24,000 nt of DNA from Stenotrophomonas sp. Iso1. Lineage in GTDB: Bacteria; Pseudomonadota; Gammaproteobacteria; Xanthomonadales; Xanthomonadaceae. The number at the start of each line of letters is the position of its first letter. Position 1 is the stretch's first letter. The stretch covers positions 1,428,488 to 1,452,487 of the forward strand of contig NZ_JAODBT010000001.1 of assembly GCF_027497995.1 (NCBI RefSeq). The letters are read 5' to 3'. The translations under genes and the position numbers were made by a program. Below, in pieces: positions 23,909-24,000 of this stretch. The notes under the pieces were generated by a model. That model was not told the DNA's origin, did not search any database, and worked only from the letters and a program-made list of their open reading frames with translations.

Positions 23909-24000
23909 TTAGCGAACGTCCACCCAGACCAGATGATGGTCGCTGCCATCGGCGATCTTTGCTTCCGGGCTTTCATTCGCTGGCCAGAACACGCCGCTGC
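23909..24000 (-). CDS. C-terminal fragment of a probable endonuclease/exonuclease/phosphatase (EEP) family protein
   Basis: The frame ending at TAA (23911..23909) reads ...SGVFWPANESPEAKIADGSDHHLVWVDVR*. The terminal SDHxxV motif is the usual last catalytic motif of EEP-fold enzymes. Only 30 codons are visible. Confidence 0.45.
   Translation of the reverse strand, partial: SGVFWPANESPEAKIADGSDHHLVWVDVR

Noticed and set aside
1-24000. Search by eye for CRISPR arrays, tRNA/rRNA/tmRNA genes, IS elements, integrases, long direct or inverted terminal repeats, and toxin-antitoxin pairs
   Set aside because: No regularly spaced repeat array was found. No intergenic stretch has tRNA-like T-arm or anticodon architecture. 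No ORF has transposase or integrase motifs (DDE, or the R-H-R-Y context). The RHH protein has no adjacent toxin-like partner; its downstream neighbour is DUF4177, and it is better explained as an operon regulator. This was a manual scan, so short or degenerate elements could have been missed.

Overview
This is 24 kb of GC-rich bacterial chromosome. By hand count the first ~360 nt are about 50% GC, and sampled stretches elsewhere run about 65-75%. Gene content, protein sequences and TAGRAT-type -10 boxes suggest a Xanthomonadales/Lysobacterales-type gammaproteobacterium; this is inference, since no search was possible. I call 26 complete CDS, 2 edge fragments and 4 intrinsic terminators. I saw no rRNA, tRNA, CRISPR array, transposase or integrase. 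Gene order from the left: an AT-richer edge with a foreign-looking gene start; an ACE-like M2 peptidase lipoprotein (-); then an envelope/lipid-A remodelling block of pEtN transferase, PAP2 phosphatase and ArnT-like GT-C glycosyltransferase (all -), divergent from an OmpR-type response regulator plus histidine kinase (+). Next come an orphan HExxH protein, minE-minD-minC and a GNAT acetyltransferase (all -), divergent from a NarL-type two-component pair (+). These are followed by an SRPBCC/GyrI-like membrane-anchored protein, DUF423 and an AlkA-like glycosylase (+), then a long minus-strand array: two paralogous membrane proteins, M15B peptidase, PH-like membrane protein, secreted alpha/beta hydrolase, DUF4177, RHH (Arc-like), a 3-TM peptide and SPFH. 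The window ends with purT (+) and a convergent EEP-family gene fragment. The two best candidates for something not yet described are (1) the tightly coupled SPFH-led operon, which carries its own RHH regulator and has a perfect AT-rich 17-bp palindrome on its putative promoter, and (2) the GT-C/PAP2/EptA cassette with a dedicated two-component system and 11-bp-phased TCCGAC repeats in both of its promoter regions. All family calls rest on motif recognition by eye in the supplied translations. No BLAST, HMM or covariance search was run. Many long ORFs in the track are antisense shadows typical of high-GC DNA and were discarded.
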